DNA of 64,000 nucleotides from Auanema rhodensis (Eukaryota; Animalia; Nematoda), in contig OZ059898.1 of the NCBI GenBank assembly GCA_964057225.1, positions 4,402,001 to 4,466,000 on the forward strand, given 5' to 3'. A program made the position numbers and the translations under genes. Within the stretch, counting starts at the first letter, position 1, and every line of letters begins with the position of its first letter. Positions 1 through 14,019 of this stretch are shown piece after piece. The notes under the pieces are model-generated. The model made no database searches. It was not told the origin of the DNA and saw nothing but the letters and a program-made list of their open reading frames with translations.

Positions 1-916
1 ATAATAGGGATTATGAAAGAGATAAACTTGTCGTATCGGGACCAAAAAAAGGATTTCTTTACATTCTTGAGCATCATGCATGATTATGGATGATCGTGTC
101 ATTTGGAATAGCTTGAACAACTCAGGAGCACATAATACTAAACAATACCAAAAACAAAGTAATTTGATTATAAATTGAAAAAAGTGCAATTTAATGTAAA
201 ACTTTTTAAAATTTCATGGTTGACAAAAAAAATTCGATAGACCACCCATAATATAATTGGTCATGAGTGCATGATAAGAATACCAAATCTCTTGCATTCA
301 TCAATGATTAGTAAGTCAAACTTGAAATTACATCATAATAATACAATCGTAAAGTTGATTAATAAAAAGTTTTACTATCAAATATGAAAATTATACTTTT
401 AGAGAAAAGGAAATTATGAGTTATTCTAACGCAGATTTTGCATGTGAGCGGTTGTTGTCAAAGGCTTTAAAAGAATGGAACATTTGATTTAGATAAAAGC
501 TTTAAATTCAAAGAGTTTTAAATGTCTTTTTCTTTCTTCATTTCAGGTTTTTATATTCGGCTCAAAAATCTAGTCATTTATATCTTATATGTTTTACACG
601 ATTACGCATAAGAATAGACTAACGTGATATATGGTTGCGAATAACCTTGTCTTTGCCGCATTATGTCTTCTATCTTATACATTTTTTTAGTTTTTCTTCA
701 TTTCTTTTTTTTTATAAGTTTATATAGATATGTATATAAACTTATACAAAAACATACATGTTTGTATAAAAATTGAAAATTATACATCATCTGCATTTCA
801 TTTTTTGAAGAAAAAAAATGAAAAAGAAAAGAAATTTGAATGAAATATTTTTCTTCAAATCTTTTTCTAATTTCATGAGTCCTACAAATTGATACCATGC
901 ACACATGAACATATAC

Positions 917-1713
917 GCATCTGCAGAGATTGAATACAGGAGAGGTTTACGACTATTGTTTCCCGCTGTTCAAATCAATTCATCTGCTAATGAGAAATAG
1001 ACTTAAATCTATTCTATATTCTATATATATAAATATCTTAATTTTTACTTTTTAAAGTTTTTAATATTATTGCCTTTCTACTTAAATTAGCATAAAGATT
1101 GTCAAAAGACTATTTAACTGTAGGGATGGATAGATAGATGCTACACTTATATAGGTCTCGGATTAGGCTTAGCCCCCAGCGCGTTTATCCTTTTTTTTTT
1201 CTTCTACCCCCCACCTCATCCAGCATCTATTATGACCTATGTTGACATATAGAATCATGATCAACTAGTAAAAAAGCGGTAACGAACAGCTTTGACAGTT
1301 TTGATTTGTTGCAACATAAGTAAGTAAAACATAAAACAAACTAAGAATAAATAAATAAAGATTAAAACATATAGTTATATGTATATTTGACTAATTAAAT
1401 ATATAAATTATTATCAATATATGATATATTTCACTATTATCCAGACTTCTTATATAAGTAGTAGTAATATGTTAAACAAACTTACGTTGTATCGTATTAT
1501 CAAGTGTAAAGCCTATCACCGGTGGCCGAGAAACCGTTTGGTACATAGCTACAGGCTGTGCTGGCGTTATCTGAATAATTTGTTTGTTAAAAACATAAAA
1601 TATATCATATCCAAACATAATAATATAATTAAAATAATTTTTATGAATCTTACCTGTAATGGACCAGTAGGCAATGTCATCCTGGCCAACTGATTCTGTT
1701 GCTGTAGCAACAT
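917..1713 (-). CDS. 5' coding exons of an unidentified gene (Q/P-rich N-terminus); continues beyond the left edge
   Basis: Exon 1714-1654 (ttttag|G ATG...CAG|gtaag) gives MLLQQQNQLARMTLPTGPLQ. Exon 1570-1486 (attcag|...|gtaag) gives ITPAQPVAMYQTVSRPPVIGFTLDNTIQ in frame. A possible exon 965-917 (aacag|...|gtatat) gives PGNNSRKPLLYSISAD. No recognisable domain in the window. Confidence 0.6.
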
Positions 1714-3038
1714 CCTAAAACAGAAAATGAATAAATGATATGAAACTTTTTTTTCTTATAGAAAAAATAAATTTTTGTACATATTTGTGAATATAAATTA
1801 ATATATATATATATAGATATAGATATATATAGATCTAAATATATATATATATAGATATTGATATAAATATATAAAAAAAATAAATAATATCAAAAGATCT
1901 TTTAATATAGGTTATAAATAGGTAGGTTGCTTGATCGATTTGAAGGACATAAAAATACAAATATCACGATTTATTGCTTATATTAACGGAGGAAGATATT
2001 GCAAATGCTTTAAAGGTGCTGGGCGGATTAGAGAGTGAGAGAGCGAGAGGGGTTATGCTGATGGATGGTTACATGGCTGAGGGCAGGCCAACATGGGAGA
2101 TGGGAGGGCAACATGAGGACCAGAAGGAAGAACGAAAGGCTAAGAGAGTAGGTGATGATCGTTTCCTAAGCAGTAGGGTACATGGCATAGAGTCTTCCCG
2201 TAAGCCGTAATGTCAGACAGAGTGGGTGAGGAGGTAGGGGGGGATACAAATTACCGAAAAAGGAAATTGACCGATGACGGTAAGCCCCTGACAGGTGCAT
2301 GCAATGCTGTATAGTCAGCGAGTTAGATTTGATCATGAGGTCAAAATTAGTAATAATAGACATATAATGAAAAAAAAGAAAAGAAAACTCAATAAATACC
2401 AATATATATATAAATATATATAAATAAAGATAAATTATAAAATAAAAAAAAAATATTTTCGAGTTAAAATAATCAAAAATATTTGTAGTTTGTATGATCA
2501 TGTGTTCATATTTGATTGATAGTTATTTTATGAACAGAAAACAATGATGTGTATGTATGTATATGTTGAATTATAAGAATTCAAGTAAAACTTTCTAGCA
2601 TTTCCTTGGATATGTATTGAAAGATAGAAATGCTTGATCTTACTCTCTCTCTTCCTTCTCTTTCAGCTTAGAAAATGTCGCGTTGGTTTGCCTACACACC
2701 AGCTCATAAATATTTCTAAATAGAAAAGGAAACTAATGATGACGTGGTTGTATGAGAATAATCGAAAACGTGAGATGATGTATTTGAAAAAGTGAAATAG
2801 AAGAAAAAGTAAGTATGTATCTATCTATCTATCTATCTATATAGATGATGATGGATTATAAAATAATATATATAATAATATTATTTAATCATTTATAGTA
2901 TATGAATGTAAAAGATGATCAAAAGAAGAAGAAGAATGGGTGGCCTATTTTAGTAATTAAAGAAAGAAGCTCAAAGTTAACCTTCATATAAGAGAATAAG
3001 AGAAGGATGAAATCCAATTAAGGATATGTGGCAAGATC

Positions 3039-3041
<3 letters not shown>

Positions 3042-3076
<35 letters not shown>
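3042..3076. repeat. (AG)n microsatellite
   Basis: Pure AG run. Confidence 0.95.
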
Positions 3077-3080
<4 letters not shown>

Positions 3081-3642
3081 CTCTCGTGTGTAAACCATCT
3101 TACTTTCATTGAAAGTTTAAAAAAAATGAATAAAATAAAGAAAGTGGAAATAAAAAAAAAAAAAAAAATCTATTAATCATAATAAATAATATAAATATTG
3201 ATTATTCTTATAAAAAATGAAAATGATTAAGTGAAATGAAGTAAAAGTAATTTTGAATAAAAATGATAAATAGTTAAGTTATATACATAGATTGATAAAT
3301 ATAATATCTAATGAGATTTTTTCATAAAATACATATATGTATGTATGTATATGTATATTGAAAATATAAAAAATAATATTTAATTTTAAATATTTCATAT
3401 ATATATATAGATTATATACAATACAATCTATACATATGTGACTTTTACTCAATTGTTTTTTTGTTTTAATATTTGGCAGCAAGAGAGAATAAGGATGATT
3501 GGAGGAAAGAACGGCATGCGTGAGCACTCCATCAAGAGCACTTGTCTTCTGACGCAAACTGAGCAGATTTGGCCTCGTGAAATGTTGTGATGATCTTGGA
3601 AATCGCTTCATCTCAACGGCATTAACACTCGTTCAACCTCAC

Positions 3643-3675
3643 TTATTCTCAAGCTTCTCATTTGAAATTGGAAGC
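3643..3675 (-). other. Candidate 33-nt exon (5' UTR, or phase 2-2 coding LPISNEKLENK) of the left minus-strand gene
   Basis: ttctag|GCTTCC...GAATAA|gtgagg; phase-compatible with exon 1714-1654. Confidence 0.4.
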
Positions 3676-4103
3676 CTAGAACAAACATAAAAGAAGAAAA
3701 AGGAAAAAGGATAAAGTAAGAAGGAAGAACTAGATGTTAAGTAGAAACTTAACAAGGAGTTTAAGTGAGCTTGAAAGAGAAGATTAAGAGACGACGGTTT
3801 CCTTTTTTCATTTAACAGTATAAAAATAAGATAAAAATGTTGTATAAGCACTAAAGACAAAAGAAATTAGACAATTTGCAAAAGAACAAAAACTTCTCAA
3901 ATTAGATTGATTGAATAAGATGAAAACCCTATTTGACAGTCAAATTCTTAAAATTGTCATTTGATAATTGCAAAAATATGATTTTTGATATAACAAAAGT
4001 AGTTTTAATTGAAATAAAAACAATATATTTTATAATACTTGTAAAGAAATAATGAAGAAGAAAAGAAAAGTTCAAAATAATAAGAGAAATAGACGTATAG
4101 TAC

Positions 4104-4290
4104 CTGAGTGTCCACTTCGTCTATGATTCGGATCGGGGGCAATACCCCCCAGCACGTTGTCGTTGATGACGATGATGGTGGTAGGGGGGGGGGGGTGTTG
4201 ACCACACATCGATTCGGGTGGTGGAGATAGAGGTTGGAAGAGTGTGGTAGGGTTTTCGAGCTCTTACGGGTGGCTAGTTGAATGCCAGAT
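4104..4290 (-). other. Candidate GC-rich 5' leader exon (5' boundary approximate)
   Basis: Donor CACTCAG|gtacta at 4103, in a GC-rich island. The frame leading into the MLLQQQ ORF contains a TAG, so the exon is non-coding in that frame. Confidence 0.35.
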
Positions 4291-7200
4291 GAGAGAGATT
4301 GATAGATATGAATGACTATAGACAATAGAGAGATTCAGAAACTGATACAGAAGAATAGGTAGAACTTGGAATGATGATGATGGTGAGAGAAACAAGTAAA
4401 CGGAGCGATAAAAATCTATCTGTTATAACGATACGAGGTAGAAACGACGGTCAGGTTTCTTCATTGGAACACGCAACATTATTTTCAAAGAGAAAGAGAT
4501 TGTTCACTGGAAGAGAGGCCAAACAGAACAAGCAGTCTTTCTGTCAACTGTCTTTTGAACAAACTCTCTTATTCGTTGACTTCGGTAATCGCCGATAGAT
4601 GAAGGTGTTGCGAAAAAGCGAATGAGTGTTCCCGTTTCAATAATGGAAAGTTGCAACCACGTGGTGTATGTGTGTTCGTTTCAACGATCACATTACCGAT
4701 TTCGAACAACTATTCATATTAGCTTCATCATGTGTTACTATGATTGAAAGTACACCTGCTATAAGATGAAAATGAAACAACAGTGATGAATTGACTAGAA
4801 ATCATCATTGTTTCATGATTTTCGTCAATTTATATTTTCAAATTTTAAATTTAAAGATATACACATAGTTCAGTTTATTTTATAGTTTTTACTTTTAAGT
4901 TTTCATCCTCATTGTAATAAATCAAAATTAAAGTTGTTAAGTTGCTCATTTTCTCTTCGAAAATAGATAAGTATGTGGGTTTCGTTTATTATATTATATC
5001 ATTGATAAGGTAAAGTAATTAATAATCAACAATGATTATATAAATAATTTCAACCACCCAATATGAAAAAGTTTAAAATAAAGTTTTAATATAATTATAT
5101 ATAGTATATAATAAAGATTTGTTAATCTATTAATATAATGATTATATGATCAAGAAAGAATTTATTTTTCTTTTATATATAATAGAAATTCATTCATTGA
5201 TATATGCCATAAACTTCTTAAATAAAAAAAAAACATTTGGACTATTACATTCATTTTCGCAATTCAAATGATTGCACGTATTCATTTAATTAAAAATAAA
5301 TCAAATATATATATAAATATAAAATAAAATATATAATACATATTATACTATACTATACTATATATAAATTATTTTTATATTTAATTTGATAATTAAAAGA
5401 ATAAAAACAAGAAGAAAAGATTTTTTTAATGAATATACATACATGTACGTATGAATGTAGAAATATGGAAGTGAAGTTAATTATAATTAAAAAATTTTGA
5501 ATCTTCCTTGTAGCAAAACTAACTGACAGCATACATGTCATAAAAATATTTCGGTCAAATTCACAATATTCTTTTCTCATCAGATTATACATATAATCTG
5601 ACCAATGTTAGGCATAATTACCTAAAGTTATTAAAAAAAATAGAAACAATGAAGTTTAAATTAATTCAAAACACACAAAAAGAAAGAAATATTTCATTTT
5701 TCTCATTTGTTCATATTTAATATTTAAAAAAAATTATTTGTTTAAGAAAAATCCTTAAAAGTGCGAGTAACAAGTGAACCTTTTATGAAAAATGGAAATG
5801 ATATTGGTAAAAGGAGAGAAAGAGCTGTGAACTGAAAAAAACTTTCAGAAGATTGAACTTTTGTTTGAACATAGGATATGTTTGTATAAAGACTTGTAAT
5901 ACTTATTAGAATCTTTTTTGTAAATAAAAAGATTCTTGTTGTCTTTTGTATGTTTATTAGACCACCCATATTGAAAAAAGGATAAAAGAATTGAAAAGAA
6001 ACAAGAAATATGTAAACGGATGTTAGATGAAACATAAGAAATATAATATTTTAAAAAAATAAAAAAAGAAAAATTATCAAAAATATAAATTAAAAATTAA
6101 TATTTTTAAAGTTTTTTTTAATTAATTTTTAGTTTTGTTTTTATAAATAGAAATAAAGTTTAATAGAATTAAGAAAAAGTTTAAGAATAGACATAAAGGA
6201 TTTCTAAAATTTGTCTTCAAAATTAGATTCATCATATACATAGCCTATGGCTATGTCACAGAATCAAGATGTAAGGAACTAAATAGACAATTAGATATTA
6301 GTTCATAGGCTTATTTGAAAATCAAATTTATAACTAAATTGAATGTTAATATAAAGTATTTCTGATTTATAATAAAGACAAAGTTATATATATAGTATAT
6401 ATGTAGATGACAGCATATATCTTCAAGCTTTAAAGTTTGAATTTCAGTTATTACATTGAAAAGCATAATATATTGAAATAAAGTTTAAATATAGAAAAGA
6501 AATATATGAATAATACAAAATGTATAAGAAAATTTGATATGTTAATGTTTGATATGATGTGATTATTCACAGGAAAATAATTTAAATCATAAAAAGTGGC
6601 TGAAGTAATTAGTTACAATATTCTTATAAAACATATAGTTATAGTTAACATTTTATGTTTTTATATGTTTCTATATGAATAATATTATGAGTTTTTATTA
6701 AAAATTTGTATTTTTTAAAAGAATAAATTATAAAAAAAACTAACGGAAGTGCTAATCGCTGCTGTGTTGTCATCAATATCTGAGCTAAGTTAGTCTGAAA
6801 GAATATAAATTGTTATAGTATATCAAATACATTTTCAATTTTTTTTATTATGAAAAATGAGTTAAATATACAATTTTTTAACGATAAATCAATAAATATA
6901 TTTGAAAGAATTGATTAGTTTAAAAATTTAAAATTCTTAATTATAATTATTTAAATTTTGTTATTTAATATACTTTATTACATTCCTTTTTTCAAATATA
7001 ACTTAGATCTTTTTGATATTTCTATCTACTTTTAGTTTTTTTTATTTAATAAATATGGAAAATATCATCATAGACATCTTTTACTTTAGAAGGAGAAGAC
7101 TCAGTGAATGAAACGAAATTGGTCTTCAGTATCTTTCTACATTAAGCCGAAGCAGAATTTTGAAAAGAAAGAAGTCGAGAACGACAAGCAGATCCTAATT

Positions 7201-8005
7201 TGGAATTTCCTTTTCAATTGCTCTGCCGAGCCCTCTCAATAACTCGGGCTCTTCTTTAAGTTTGCTCACAACTTCTTTCCATAGCCTATCTCACCTCTAG
7301 ATCTTCTTTGCTTTCCGTTTCGTGCAACTTGTTTCCTAATTCAAAAAGAAAGAAAATGAAGAAATGCAGTAACAAGAGTAGAAAGAAATAGTGAATCTTG
7401 CACGAGTGACATAGCTTGATTAGTGTTGAAACTGCGTACGACATCGGATAAAAATTGAAACATAAAGCAGAATCCCTCCACTCTCAATCATTCCTTTTCT
7501 TTTCTTTTTTCAATCAATATATTATTTATCTATATTAACTTTATTCATTCACTAAGTAAAATAGATTATCTATATTTGAAAAGAAGAAACATCAATTCTT
7601 ATGAGTATTTCAGGATTCTTTATACATTTCTAAGTCTATTCAACTTCCACTGAGTAGTTAAAATAAATTATTTTTAATTTACTCAAGATTTAATAAGACT
7701 AAACAAAAGATAAAAATAATAAAAAACATGATTCTTAGTAAGATAATGAGAATATATTTGTCTTTCATATGTCTGAGATTACCTTATACATTCAACTTTT
7801 TTTTCTATTTATAAGAATATCTCTTATATCTTAATCATGTTATGTATATTTGATGAGAACAAACAAAACAGCAACATGAGATCTATGGTTCGAGCAAAAA
7901 TCGTTGTAATCAAATTATTTTTAAAAATCTTGTGGAAGTAAAGTTTTTGTTTTATAAAATTTATAATTTGAAATAATTTGAAGAGAATTAAAAAATAAAA
8001 CTCAC

Positions 8006-8050
8006 GTTATTTGGTTGAACAACGACTGGTGGATTAGGGGGTGTCATCAT
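8006..8050 (-). CDS. Candidate alternative first coding exon MMTPPNPPVVVQPNN
   Basis: cttcttag|GTAAAAATGATG...AAC|gtgagt (perfect donor). Its phase 0 end joins exon 1570-1486 in frame. Confidence 0.5.
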
Positions 8051-9661
8051 TTTTACCTAAGAAGTTCTTTGATAGACTTTTAAGTTGAATCTTCGTTTGT
8101 TATAGACACACACACACAATCGGTTAAATATATGTAGAAAATTATAGGTAATAAACCGATTTTCTTTAGAATATATATTGTTTGAATAATTAACTTTTGA
8201 AGTTAATTGATGACGTTGAAGGTAATGATGATACACCAAATGATGATGAACAGACAGTATTTTAAGGAAAAAGGCGTGAAAAGTTGGACAATGAGAGCAC
8301 AAATGAAGACAGGTAAATAGAGATTCAGACGGTGATTTCTAAGCTTCTAGATGCATCTAACCGTCTACCCCTGTCTCTCATCCAACAACTACTCACGTAG
8401 TTTTCCGTTATACACGTTCTAATCACTAGTTCGTGTTGACCTCTATAATAATAAATAAATAAATATATAATAATAATAAATACGAATAATATAAGAATAA
8501 AATAAGAATAATATTGATATTATATAAATTAATAATATGAAAAACAAATCAAAAATTGTTGCTAAAAAGCCCAATGGATAACAAACTGGAGGGTCTTGAT
8601 CTATCATTCATATGATAAGGGCATAAAGGGGTTTGGTGTGGTCAGAGAAGAGATGTTGCTAAGTTTTTGTTAATTTCAAAAAGTTATCATTCATATCATT
8701 CATCCGGAAAATGTTTAAAAAATTGGAAAAAATATGAAATATATACTAATGAAATATACAAATTATAAATAAAAAATATGAAACTGATATAAGTATTTAT
8801 AAAGATAAGGAATAGCTTTTCTTTAAAAATCAACAGCGATATTTCAAAAAAAAGAAAGAAAGTTGGATTTTGAATTAAAAAAGATTGAATGAACGAATGA
8901 AATTTGTGAATTGAACACAAAATGAAAACTTATTCATTTTTATTTAATAAAGCTTATATAATTATATTAATATGTTTCAAAAATAATAGGATGCATATGA
9001 GAAAATAAAAAGAATAAAAATCTGATTCATATCCGAAAATGGACATTTAATCACAAAAAGTCAGTTAAAAAGTTCGTTTCATTGTGGTTTGCTAACTGAA
9101 TTAAGAAAATAAAGAACTAGAGTATTGAGAGAAATAGATAATATGAGACAACAGTGCCTCAGGGCATTATGGGAGAAGCTGATAAGAGTAGAGACAGAAT
9201 GTCTTTCTATCATTTTGTCTCGAGTAAGGCTATGAACAATATGGGTGGGAAAGCAGTCAGGGAGGCACTTTGCCGGGCGCAAAGGACATTTCCAGTGTTC
9301 AAATAGGGTTGTATTCAAGTGCTCGGTAGAGGCGGCTGTCGTAGAAGACTTAGTTATACATGGGAAGTTATATGAGAGGTAAGCTTTTAAAGAATCAAAA
9401 TGTTCGAAAGAAACACAGTAGAATCAGAAAAAAAAAGTTTCGCGGAAAGGAAGAGAGTTCTTAAGAAGTAGGATGAACCAGGCTGTGATTGAACTATTGA
9501 GAATTTATGACACGAACTCTCACAAGAAACTGAATTTGTAATTCAAACTCTCTCACATAAAGAAAGAACATTTCTCACAAAATAGCATGTTCGACACTTT
9601 GTGGGAGGCGGGACACGTAAAAAAAAGGGAAAAGCAGACGAAAGAGGAGAATAAAAGATAT

Positions 9662-9767
<106 letters not shown>

Positions 9768-12700
9768 TAAAGATGAAGCTGGAAGCAATGGAGATATGCG
9801 GCTGCCTGGAGAAAAGTTGAAGGGTGAAGAATGGTGAAGAGACGAGAGATAGAAACCACACAGAAGGGTGTGTGTGTGGAAGACATCATGATGAAGACGA
9901 AGTGACGACGAGATCGAAAAGATGATCGACAATTGCGCCTGAGGCTATTCGAAGTGTTCTATTGAAAAGTCAATGCTTTAAGCAACTTTGTCACCATATA
10001 CTTATCAGAAAAATTTCACAACATAAATTAAAAAAAAATGATAAAAGCAAATAGAAAATAGGAAATTTTTAATAAAAATAATTAAAGAAAAATAAAAAAA
10101 TAAAATAAAAAGTAAGAAATTATGAAATTAAGATATTTTAAAGGAATAAAATGAAAAAAAAAACTAATCTAGGAGCTATGAAGGTAACTGATAGGAGGAA
10201 TGATACAAACGACAAAATATATAATATATGAGTTGGCGTTGAAGGATATGAAAAACTGATAAAAGGTGAAAAGAAATTGTTCGACTTGAAATTACTAGGT
10301 AGTAAAATTGCTAAAATGTTACTTAAATTCATGAAAATGATATTATAATCAAAAACATTTTAGACATTTTCAATTATCAATTGAATTATAAAACAAAAAA
10401 AAATATAAAAATGAATAAAATAATTGACAAAATATTATAATTATAGTTTTAAACTTTGTTTTTTGGGCGGTCTTACTAATAACTATATTATTACAAAAGA
10501 GATAATATAATAAAATATATATCATATAGTTAAAATATATATTTTTGAATTAAAATATAAAGAAAACAACTATTCAATCAGAATTTTCATAAAAAAACTC
10601 CCAAGAAAGCAAAATTATGAAACAATGACCGCCCACGAGGAAGACGTTACTAGATGTATCTCAAGCTGTTGAATCGTTATTCTGTCGTTTCGCGACGTCA
10701 GCAACAACCTCTGGAGCAAATTGCTTGACGTGAATTTTTGCGATTCCAGCTGACATTACACAGGAAAAGGACAATTTTCACTTAAAGTGTCAAGAGAAGA
10801 GAAAGATTTAAGCTTAGAGCATTATTCAAGTTAAAAGAATCGTAGAATGCAAACCTAATCTGCGAGACAAAAAAAAGAAAATAAGAAAAATAAATGAAAG
10901 ATGCCGTGTCATGATGAAGAAAGTCTTCAAATTGGAGTTTGGATGAGTCTAACAGGCTTCGTACGTCTCAATCACAACAGTTATGCTGAACTGTAAGAAA
11001 CGGTTTAATCGTTTTTTACAACATCAAATTCGATTCCAGTAATTAAGTCATCAATCGGTGGTCGATTAAGATATATAATGAAAAGGTCAATGCCATAGCC
11101 TATGATCGGATTGTTAAGCCTGTCGAGAACAGCAAAAATAAGAAAGCATACAGATGGAAAGTTGAATAAATGCGTTGTAAAACGATACGAAGAGATGATG
11201 AGATAAATGGAGAAATAGGTATAGAAACGACGAGAAAAAGTCTGAAAAGAGGAATAAAGACAAGAAGGAATACTTAGATAAAGAGAGGTAAGCAACACAG
11301 CAAAAGAAATAGAGTGAGAAATGAAGAAGAAAAGAGAAACATGAAGTAAGATAGAAACAGAGAGAAAGGGGGCAATGGAAAGATAGTTTGATCGTGGGTG
11401 GCCGCTATCTTTCAGTTCTTGTTTGACCGACTGATGAGAAACGATGACAACGGAAGCAAAGAGAGAAGAGAATGTTGTAGACGAAATTGAGACAGAAAGA
11501 TAGAAATATAAAGATGAAGAGAGTACAAGTGAGATAGATACGTTGATATTGAAAAAAAAGAAAAAGCAGAGAACAAGAAAGTCAGAGAGAGAAATAGAGA
11601 GAGATGTCATGTAGAGGGAGAGGAAGGGGGGGGCAAAGATAAGGAAGAAGAAATGATTTGAGAGAAAGAGGTTGTCGTCTGCATAAGAAATATAAAATTT
11701 TCCATGTACTTTCCATAAGATAAATCTCAATCGAGGATATAACAGACACCTTCAGAATAATTATTTTTATTTGATATCTGATTGTTTAATATTCAAATGA
11801 TATCAAATTCATTTACATTAAAACTTCATGAGCAACTGTTATTTTTTTTTTCGTTTTGAATTTAAGCTTTAACTAAGCTTCACTTCCTCTTATTCTTGTA
11901 ATCTCTTCTATGTCTATCCTCCTACAATCTTTTTTTTCTTTTTCTTTTAATAACAGGAGATGATAAATGATATATCTATATATATATATATATATATATT
12001 ATAAATGATAAAGATCTTAAATATTAATAATTTATAACTTTTATATATTATATTTATGTTTTAATTATTTAAATTTCCTTATATCTACTATTTCTTTAAC
12101 AACAAAATGTCTTTTACAAATCCATATGAGCTTGAATGATGTCAAAACAATGTCCTATGTCATCTTCAGATAAGTATATCAATACAGATGGATTTGTTAG
12201 TTATTCTGTTACCTATACCTACTTATTGCTTTGAATGTTGACAAAAATATTGAATATAGAAAACATATAAACATGAAGAGAGAGAGAGAGAGAGAGAGAG
12301 ATAAAAGTTGAGAATGAAAGATCAAATTATTTCCGTTTATAGCAGGTCACATGAGAACTTCTTAGTAATCGAAAGGACGTTGAATATTTTGTTTAAAATG
12401 AGAAGAAAAAAATGAAATTAAGCCACGCATTAATAGTTTCACACAAATGATAAAAAGGTGAGGATGATGAAGAAAAAGAAAAAAGAGAATCAAGATCAAG
12501 AGATATTGGTAAGATCAGAGAACTTTACATAAAGGTTTTGGTTATACATGAAAGATTCTAGTTAAATGAAGACAATCATTGAAGAAGCCAATAGACAGGA
12601 TAAAGAAGCTGAGCAATAAGGACAAGCTTCTACTAGCAGACTCAAGATTGTTCCTTCGCGAAGAATCAACTCTAAGCAGAACATATCCTCTTCTTCACTT

Positions 12701-13178
12701 TTCCTCTAAAACTTTTTTGCCTGTGGCGCAACTCAGACGTCAGACTTAAAGCTAAAGAGAGGAATGTGCTGAAGAAGATTGGAGAACAAACATGATGGAC
12801 AAGAATTTTAATAGTATTATTAAATATAAAACTTATAAAAGAAAAGTTTCAAACTTCTTATTATTTTTCTTTTGAAATATTTAAATATTTGAAAAGAAAA
12901 TTTAAAAAAAACGATGTACTTAGTACTATAAGTATAATCTCTTGGAAAGAATGGATGAGCTCCTTTTAACATTTTGTTGTAATGAAATGTCATATATTTA
13001 GGTATGATATTCTATATTTTAAAGTATTTTTCTATTTTAAAATAATATTTATTTAAAAATATTAAATAGTTTATATAGTTTATAAGAAGATTTGAGCATT
13101 TTAATAATTTTAATTAGAACTATTAATGCATATAAACAACAATATAATTTTTATTTTGTTATTGTTAAAACTTCATAG

Positions 13179-13460
13179 TCTCTCTCTCTCTCTCCCTCTC
13201 TCCTTCTCTCCCTCTCTCCCTCTCTCTCTCTCTCTCTTTCTCGCTCTCTTAATCTTTTTCTCTTAATCTCTCTCTCTCCCTATATATAGAATTTTTGTGA
13301 CCTTAGTTAAATGCGGATTCGCAATAGCAGAAATTGTAAAAGTATGCTTTGAGTTTTATCGTGATATGTATGTATATGCTTAAACATCCAACAGCTTATA
13401 AACTGAGCTAATACATATGTATAGGAAGCCAATAAAGAGGAGTATACAACAAGGGTAATA

Positions 13461-13513
<53 letters not shown>

Positions 13514-13974
13514 ATCTATCTATCTTTTCTTTTTCTCTTTTTCTCTAACGCTCATTGTCACGCCAACTAACCAAAAAAAGATAAGAACTCTCTATACTTC
13601 TATCTCTCAATAAAATTTGCTGCACAAGTTTGATGATGGTCCATATTATAAATACCACACAATTTATCTGCTCTAAATTTCATTTGAATTTTTCTCTTTT
13701 CTGTTACACAGTATAAATTTTTTTTTGATAATTTGTTCCTGTTCATCACTCTTTTCTTTCTCTTATCATTACAACTAGGGAAGTTGAAAAGCGCTTTTAA
13801 TAAGAAGAAAAAAAAGAAATTGCAAATCTTGAATATGAAACAGTTGAAATGACAAACAATGAACCATTTCTCTATATTCTGAAATTCATATATCATTTCT
13901 ATTAAAGCTTTTACTGTACTGAATAAGACTTGTGTAATATCTTAGTTTGGCTTGAAAGGACAACTTGACAAGCA

Positions 13975-14018
<44 letters not shown>
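13179..14018. repeat. Three (CT)n microsatellites (13179-13248, 13465-13512, 13980-14018)
   Basis: Seen directly. Confidence 0.9.

Positions 14019-14019
<1 letters not shown>

Noticed and set aside
10649-10756. Small minus-strand ORF MSAGIAKIHVKQFAPEVV...
   Set aside because: 31 aa, no good acceptor and no recognisable homology.
11005-11730. 241-aa minus-strand ORF, and similar F/L/S-rich ORFs at 16-20 kb and 53-56 kb
   Set aside because: Stop-poor reading of pyrimidine-rich strands; no domain, no exon structure, often a non-ATG start.
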